A stretch of DNA of 64,000 nucleotides. Origin: Chitinophagaceae bacterium. Lineage in GTDB: Bacteria > Bacteroidota > Bacteroidia > Chitinophagales > Chitinophagaceae. Shown here in pieces: positions 58,344 to 64,000 of the stretch. Both the position numbers and the translations under genes were made by a program. The notes beneath the pieces were generated by a model. That model saw only the letters and a list, made by a program, of their open reading frames with translations. It ran no database searches and was not told the DNA's origin. How positions within the stretch are numbered: the stretch's first letter is position 1; each line of letters opens with the position of its first letter. The stretch spans positions 627 through 64,626 of the forward strand of contig CANGIY010000019.1 of the NCBI GenBank assembly GCA_947454235.1, in the 5' to 3' direction.

Positions 58344-58351
58344 TATTTTTG
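58344..58351 (+). promoter_or_regulatory. candidate -7 box (TATTTTTG) 5 nt upstream of the scpA ATG
   Basis: TAnnTTTG ends at 58351 and the scpA ATG is at 58357, which implies a leaderless or near-leaderless mRNA. Confidence 0.4.
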
Positions 58352-58356
58352 TGGTA

Positions 58357-59148
58357 ATGTCAGCCACTTATCAAATCAAACTGCCTCAATTTGAAGGCCC
58401 TTTCGACCTTCTTTTGTTTTTCATTGAGCGCGATGAACTGGATATTTATAATATTCCAATCACCCGCATCACCAATGAATTTCTTGTTTTTGTGAGGCAG
58501 ATGGAGGATTTGAATATTGAGCTGGCGAGCGAATTCATCTTGTTCGTCTCAACCCTCATGCGCATCAAAGCAAGGATGTTGTTACCTCGTAGGGAAAAAG
58601 ATGCCGAGGGCAATGAAATAGACCCAAGGCAAGAGCTGGTTGATAAAATTCTGGAATACAAACGATTTAAAGAAGCCGCCGAAAATATGTCGGCACTGGA
58701 GGCCGACAGGTTGCAGTTGCAAAAACGCGGTAACGTGCATGTTGAAATGCATGGACTCTCTGAGCAATATTCGGGTGGTACCGAATTGCAGACGGTGACC
58801 ATGACCAAGCTACTGCAAGCCTACGAAAAAGTAATTAAGCGTTTCAATGAACGCATGAACAAGCCCCGCCACGAGGTGGTGAAATACAATTACAGCCTTG
58901 AAGGTCAAAGAACTTTTCTCGTGCAACACTTGGCGGAACATAAAAGAATGCCATTCGACCAATTGTTTGCTATTTGCGAAACCCGCATTCATGCCATTTT
59001 TACTTTTTTGGCGATGTTGGAATTGATTCAACAAAAGTACCTGGCGATATTGGTGGGTACGGGCAGAAACAATTTCATTATTGAGCTCAATCAGGAGCAG
59101 GAAAAACCTCAACAAGACATTAACACAACTGAGCCAACCACGGCATAG
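58357..59148 (+). CDS. scpA: segregation and condensation protein A
   Basis: MSATYQIKLPQFEGPFDLLLFFIERDELDIYNIPI... is a classic ScpA N-terminus. Confidence 0.85.
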   Translation: MSATYQIKLPQFEGPFDLLLFFIERDELDIYNIPITRITNEFLVFVRQMEDLNIELASEFILFVSTLMRIKARMLLPRREKDAEGNEIDPRQELVDKILEYKRFKEAAENMSALEADRLQLQKRGNVHVEMHGLSEQYSGGTELQTVTMTKLLQAYEKVIKRFNERMNKPRHEVVKYNYSLEGQRTFLVQHLAEHKRMPFDQLFAICETRIHAIFTFLAMLELIQQKYLAILVGTGRNNFIIELNQEQEKPQQDINTTEPTTA

Positions 59149-59192
59149 AATTTGTGGTCTAATTTATTGAAAACCTCTCCTCATTATAATTA

Positions 59193-59232
59193 CCCCCAAC
59201 GGCTGTCGGACAGCAATTGGGGGATTTTTTTT
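59193..59232 (+). terminator. intrinsic terminator after scpA
   Basis: CCCCCAA...TTGGGGG outer stem with GCTG/CAGC inner pairs, followed by T8. Confidence 0.75.
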
Positions 59233-59278
59233 GTAGTAGGGTATTGCTGGTGCGGCTCAATCACTCCTTCAATGCCCA

Positions 59279-59308
59279 CAAAAAAAATCCGGAGGCTTAC
59301 CCCCGGAT
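59279..59308 (-). terminator. intrinsic terminator after the desaturase gene
   Basis: ATCCGG...CCGGAT stem followed by T9 on the minus strand. Confidence 0.6.
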
Positions 59309-59333
59309 TTTCAGACTATTTTAAAAAGTTGTT

Positions 59334-60437
59334 TTATGCTGGTTGCGTTCTGCCCATCTTGTACAACATCTTGCCGTGTTCGCGAAGTGCCACTAAGAAA
59401 TTAGGGTATTCGAAATAAGGCAGATTGTATTGCTTGGCTGTCTTTTTGACAATTTCAGAAATACGTGAGTAGTGAATGTGCGAGATGTGCGGGAACAAAT
59501 GGTGCTCGATTTGGTAATTAAGACCACCAATGAACCAGTTCATAATTCTGCTTTTGCGAGAGAAGTTACAAGTGTTCAACAGTTGGTGAATAGCCCAGCT
59601 ATTTTCCATTTTACGATCGGCAGATGGTTCAGGGAATTCAGCCACTTCCATAACGTGTGCCAATTGGAAGATTGTTGATAGACCGAAGCCGGCAACAGCG
59701 TGTAAAATGACGAACCCGATCAATACTTCTTGCCATGACATACCAGAGTACATAATTGGCAATACGATTGTATAACCGAAGTAGATTACTTTATAGATTG
59801 ACAACTCGAGGATTGCCTTAGCCAGAGTGATTTTTTCTTTGCGCAGAAGTCCTTTCCTGTTGTAGATAATCAACAAACGGTAGTCTTTGTAAGTCACCCA
59901 TTGCAAAGTAAGCAGGCAATAAAGGAACCAACCATAAATGTGCTGGAACTTATGGATCTTGTGGTAAGTGCTGTGCGGCGAAAAGCGCATCAACCCGCCT
60001 GAATCGATGTCTTCATCAAGACCTTCGATGTTGGTGTATGTGTGGTGCAAGATGTTGTGCTGAATTCTCCAGGTAACATCATAACCACCTACAAGGTTCA
60101 CTAAATCGCCAATAATGGTGTTGACTGTTTTGTTACTTGAATAGGCACCGTGGTTAGAGTCGTGGTGTACCGAACAACCGATACCAATCATACCAACACC
60201 CATCATAAACCACAGGAAGTAAAAAAACGCCGGATGCAGCGCACCTACCCCTGTATTAATTAAAACCGCCGGAACGAAAAAGATAGAAAGCATCACAACC
60301 GTCTTCCAGGCTATTTTGCTGCTACCATCAACTGTGAGGTGATTTGTCTTAAAAAATTGGTCAATTTCTTTTTTTAATGTGTCGTAAAAACCTTCTCCAT
60401 TTTTTGGAGCAAAACGTACAATATCTACTTTACTCAT
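59334..60437 (-). CDS. membrane fatty-acid desaturase
   Basis: His boxes HDSNH, HNILHH and QIEHH, plus 4 TM helices. 367 aa. Confidence 0.85.
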   Translation of the reverse strand: MSKVDIVRFAPKNGEGFYDTLKKEIDQFFKTNHLTVDGSSKIAWKTVVMLSIFFVPAVLINTGVGALHPAFFYFLWFMMGVGMIGIGCSVHHDSNHGAYSSNKTVNTIIGDLVNLVGGYDVTWRIQHNILHHTYTNIEGLDEDIDSGGLMRFSPHSTYHKIHKFQHIYGWFLYCLLTLQWVTYKDYRLLIIYNRKGLLRKEKITLAKAILELSIYKVIYFGYTIVLPIMYSGMSWQEVLIGFVILHAVAGFGLSTIFQLAHVMEVAEFPEPSADRKMENSWAIHQLLNTCNFSRKSRIMNWFIGGLNYQIEHHLFPHISHIHYSRISEIVKKTAKQYNLPYFEYPNFLVALREHGKMLYKMGRTQPA

Positions 60438-60689
60438 TTACTTTGTTAAGAATGGCAAAACTAATGTAAAAAAATCTATTTGAATGTTGCATTTTATAAA
60501 CTTTCAGCCTGAAAATCGGTTTTTTTTCAGTGTGTTTAATATGCGACTGCAAGTTGTTAAACAAGAATGAACTAACCTATGACAGAAATCACTTTGTAAG
60601 ACACTGATTGTCATTTTTGTCGGGTTTGCAGAAATGAATTTGGTAAACACAAACTCAATTGTATCTTTACTTTCCAAAGAAAAACGAAT

Positions 60690-61184
60690 ATGAAGAAGTT
60701 TTTACTCGCTGTAGGTGTTGCCTCAACTATGCTCGCATCTTGTTCTAAGTCTGACTTTAGCCAATCTAAGCCATCAACATTGATGTTACATGATTTTGGA
60801 GGTTACTATACAATGCGTGCAACCAGCCCGGCATCTAACAACGATGTTGTAAATATCTCGCTTCATAAAACCACAAGTTCAAGCATAATAACCCTTGAAG
60901 GTTACAATACCACCGAGGCAAGGCAGTTCAGCCTGAACCTGAGTGCTTACGGACCATACTGGGGCTATGGTACCTTCGTTTATTCTTCAACAACGGGTCC
61001 TGCTGCGCAACTGTCAGAGTACTTCAATGGCGAAAGGCATTACACTGTTGATAGTGCGGTGATTATTGTCAATGAATCGACCGATACTCATATCGCAGGT
61101 ACATACAATATGTGGGTCCATGATTCGAAGGGTGCTACCCAAACGGGCGGTAACTTCGATACCTACAATCCAATAATCTACTAG
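60690..61184 (+). CDS. lipoprotein, function unknown
   Basis: Signal peptide with an LASC lipobox. No recognisable motif. Confidence 0.5.
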   Translation: MKKFLLAVGVASTMLASCSKSDFSQSKPSTLMLHDFGGYYTMRATSPASNNDVVNISLHKTTSSSIITLEGYNTTEARQFSLNLSAYGPYWGYGTFVYSSTTGPAAQLSEYFNGERHYTVDSAVIIVNESTDTHIAGTYNMWVHDSKGATQTGGNFDTYNPIIY

Positions 61185-61305
61185 TACAGTCTGGCACATT
61201 TTCCTGAAAAAATTACACCTGTTTTTTTGATAGCTGTCAATTTGTCCTAAAACTTAGGTTTGGAACATAAATTGAAACAGTCAATTTCAAAAAACAGAAA
61301 TACCT

Positions 61306-63186
61306 ATGCAGGAAAAAGGAACCATTTCCATTCATACGGAAAATATATTTCCGATAATCAAGAAGTTTTTATACTCCGATAACGAGATTTTTCTTCGTGA
61401 GTTGGTGAGTAATGCCGTTGATGCGGTGCAGAAGGTAAAACGCCTTGCTGCATTGGGTCATTACAACGGTGAAGTGGGCGAGGGGCTGGTGCAAGTTGCC
61501 TTCGATGCCGAAAACAAAACCATCACCATTTCTGACAATGGTATTGGTATGACGGCTGATGAAATTAAAAAATACATCAACCAAATCGCGTTTTCGGGTG
61601 CTACTGAGTTCCTCGATAAATTCAAAGAAGCGAAAGATGCCAACGAACTGATTGGTAAATTCGGTTTGGGCTTCTATTCAGCATTCATGGTGGCTGATAA
61701 AGTAGAAATTAATACAAAAAGCTACCAGGATGACAGTGTGCCTGCACGTTGGATTTGCGATGGCTCAACTGAATTTGAAATATCAGCAGGCGACCGCGAA
61801 ACAAGGGGTACCGATATCATTTTGCATGTAAATGCTGAAAGCGAAGAGTTTTTGGACAAATACAAATTGCAGGGCATTTTAGATAAATACTGCAAGTTTT
61901 TACCGATTACTGTGCAATTTGGTACAAAAACGGAGTGGGCTGAAGACGGTGAAGATGAAGAGGGCAAACCAAAACACAAAGATGTTGAAGTGCCTAACTA
62001 CATCAACAATACAACACCTATATGGACGAAAACGCCGACCGAACTCACTGATGAAGACTACCTGAATTTCTACAAGGAGCTTTACCCAATGAGCGAGGAG
62101 CCTTTGTTCTGGATTCACCTCAATGTCGATTATCCGTTCAACCTCACCGGTGTATTGTACTTCCCTAAGGTGAAGAATGATATGGACATGCAGCGCAATA
62201 AAATCAAATTGTTCAGCAGGCAGGTGTTTATTACCGACGAGGTGAAAGACGTGGTGCCGGAATTCCTGATGTTGTTGCACGGTGTGCTTGACTCTCCTGA
62301 TATTCCTTTGAATGTATCGAGGAGTTTCTTGCAGGCAGATAGCAACGTGAAGAAAATCAACAGCTACATTACACGTAAGGTAGCCGACAAACTGAACGAA
62401 TTGTACAAAGCTGACCGCAAGGCTTACGAAGAAAAGTGGCCTGACATTAGCCTGTTCGTGAAGTACGGTATGATTACCGAAGACAAGTTTTACGATAAGG
62501 CGAAAGATTTTGCCTTGCTCACCAATACCAAGAAAGAGCATTTTACATTCACCGAATACCACGAGAAAGTAGAAGCCAACCAGAAAGATAAAGACGGTAC
62601 AGTGGTGTACATCTATGCCAGCGACACTGCCAAGCAAGATTCTTTCATACAAAGCGCGGGCAAAAAAGGCTACGATGTGTTGTTGATGGATTCACCAATT
62701 GATACGCACTTCGTGAGCAAGCTGGAACAAAGGGTGGAAAAAACCAACCTGAAGCGTGTTGATGCTGATGTAGCCGATAAACTGATAGACAAGGGCGAAA
62801 CCATTTCGCTGGTGCTGAGTGACGACCAAAAACAAAAAGTAAAAGACATTTTTGAAAAGTCGATTAATGATGCGCACATGAAGGTAGAAGTGGAAGCACT
62901 GAACCCGGGTGAGCAACCTGTAACAGTGACCATGGATGAATTCATGCGCAGGATGAAGGACATGGCTAAGCTGGGTGGCGGCATGAGTTTCTACGGTGCT
63001 ATGCCTGATAACTACAAAGTGGCTATTAATGGCAACCACAAGCTGATTGATAAAATGTTGAAGGCTGATGAAGTTTTACAAGGGCAAATTGCGAAACAAG
63101 CTTACGACCTTGCCAAGCTTTCACAGGGCATGCTTACGGGCGCCGAACTCACTGAGTTTGTGAACAGGAGCATTGAATTGATTTAA
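61306..63186 (+). CDS. htpG: molecular chaperone HtpG (Hsp90)
   Basis: FLRELVSNAVDA, ISDNGIGMT and GKFGLGFYSAFMVA (GHKL ATPase) motifs, with full-length collinearity to HtpG. Confidence 0.95.
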   Translation: MQEKGTISIHTENIFPIIKKFLYSDNEIFLRELVSNAVDAVQKVKRLAALGHYNGEVGEGLVQVAFDAENKTITISDNGIGMTADEIKKYINQIAFSGATEFLDKFKEAKDANELIGKFGLGFYSAFMVADKVEINTKSYQDDSVPARWICDGSTEFEISAGDRETRGTDIILHVNAESEEFLDKYKLQGILDKYCKFLPITVQFGTKTEWAEDGEDEEGKPKHKDVEVPNYINNTTPIWTKTPTELTDEDYLNFYKELYPMSEEPLFWIHLNVDYPFNLTGVLYFPKVKNDMDMQRNKIKLFSRQVFITDEVKDVVPEFLMLLHGVLDSPDIPLNVSRSFLQADSNVKKINSYITRKVADKLNELYKADRKAYEEKWPDISLFVKYGMITEDKFYDKAKDFALLTNTKKEHFTFTEYHEKVEANQKDKDGTVVYIYASDTAKQDSFIQSAGKKGYDVLLMDSPIDTHFVSKLEQRVEKTNLKRVDADVADKLIDKGETISLVLSDDQKQKVKDIFEKSINDAHMKVEVEALNPGEQPVTVTMDEFMRRMKDMAKLGGGMSFYGAMPDNYKVAINGNHKLIDKMLKADEVLQGQIAKQAYDLAKLSQGMLTGAELTEFVNRSIELI

Positions 63187-63211
63187 GGTTTTAGATTAGA
63201 AGGTTACGAGT

Positions 63212-63246
63212 AGCCGTTCCGGAAGCGATTTCGGGGCGGCTTTTTG
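63212..63246 (+). terminator. intrinsic terminator after htpG
   Basis: AGCCGTTCC...GGGGCGGCT stem (two G-U pairs) followed by T5. Confidence 0.6.
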
Positions 63247-63547
63247 TATTAGCGGCATTTCGGCCAACTCATTCCCAACCCTTCTCCGCCAGCGGTGAAA
63301 GGAGCAAAGATGCCAGCGGCATCTTTGTTGTTTGGTATCGATACACTGGCGCAGGAGTTAGCGCAGCGCTCCTGTGTCTATAAAAATGAACGGTTCTCTG
63401 AACCGTGCTCGACCACATTAAGTATAAAGCACTTCCTTGCCGGCTTTGAAGTTCGACCAGGGTTGAGACGATGCGTTTTATATGGCGTTGAAGGTGCACC
63501 CAGTCGAATAAAACATTAACTTCGTTCTATATACTAAATATCACCCC

Positions 63548-64000
63548 ATGCGTTCTTTAATATTTTCCATTCTTTTTTTGTTGAGTGCGCTGGCTGCGCA
63601 AAGCCAGGTGATAACCACTATTGCGGGTACCGGTGTACGAGGGGAAAGTGCCTCGGGTACCCCAGCCACGGCAGCCATGCTGTATGAGCCGGTTTCTGTA
63701 ACGGTAGATAAAAACTCCAACATCTATGTTGTAGAACAGGTCCCGAATCTAATACACAAAATTGATACCAATGGCATCATGACCACAATTGCTGGTACAG
63801 GGATTTTTGGGTATAGTGTTGACGGCACCCCTGCCACAGATTGTACTTTGGCATCACCTCTACAAGTAGCTATTGATAAACACGGACGTATTTTTTTCGC
63901 GGAGTTAGGTTCTTACAGTATTAGATACATTGATGATAGCGGTTTACTACAAACAATTGTCGGACAAGCAGATACGGGTTTTAATGGAGATGGCTTAGCT
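63548..64000 (+). CDS. NHL-repeat secreted protein, N-terminal 151 codons (runs off the window end)
   Basis: The ATG at 63548 gives MRSLIFSILFLLSALAAQSQ followed by VITTIAGTG...P.SV.VD..GNIYV.. blades repeated about every 55 aa. It is open-ended and therefore absent from the ORF track. Confidence 0.65.
   Translation, partial: MRSLIFSILFLLSALAAQSQVITTIAGTGVRGESASGTPATAAMLYEPVSVTVDKNSNIYVVEQVPNLIHKIDTNGIMTTIAGTGIFGYSVDGTPATDCTLASPLQVAIDKHGRIFFAELGSYSIRYIDDSGLLQTIVGQADTGFNGDGLA

Noticed and set aside
61900-62652. 250-aa ORF antisense to htpG
   Set aside because: Long antisense ORFs are a known by-product of codon usage in chaperone genes. The plus-strand HtpG match is full-length, and the antisense product is His/Phe/Val-rich with no motif.

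Overview
This 64-kb window looks like ordinary chromosome from a Bacteroidota genome, most likely of Chitinophagia/Sphingobacteriia type. The evidence is two cargo proteins with type-A T9SS C-terminal sorting domains, the tRNA-Thr/Tyr/Gly/Thr-tuf cluster, TAnnTTTG -7 boxes, and many Bacteroidota-typical DUF families. Most of the window is housekeeping or envelope genes: coaX, an lptC-like gene, hppA, a bTHX ribosomal protein, HU, rsgA, trmB, grpE-dnaJ, tuf plus 4 tRNAs, scpA, htpG, kynA, a desaturase and an L,D-transpeptidase. I found no rRNA, CRISPR array, transposase, integrase, prophage or recognisable defence system. The content least explained by known biology is: (1) A tight five-gene operon at 39.7-46.2 kb joins a YfhO-type GT-C membrane protein to an SDR, an acetolactate-synthase-like ThDP enzyme, an HpcH/HpaI-type aldolase and a small HAD phosphatase. 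(2) A 2,292-2,300-aa T9SS cargo protein is built from six tandem ~265-aa GEVED-plus-Ig modules. (3) A decayed 72-nt tandem copy of tRNA-Thr lies inside the tRNA-tuf cluster, and that cluster lacks the usual secE-nusG continuation. (4) Several small items: a 38-codon bTHX gene missed by the ORF track, a G9 tract in a murU-like gene, a chain of 26-nt gene overlaps, and a GC-rich structured spacer. All family assignments come from reading motifs by eye. No BLAST or HMM search was run, so each call is a hypothesis with the stated confidence.
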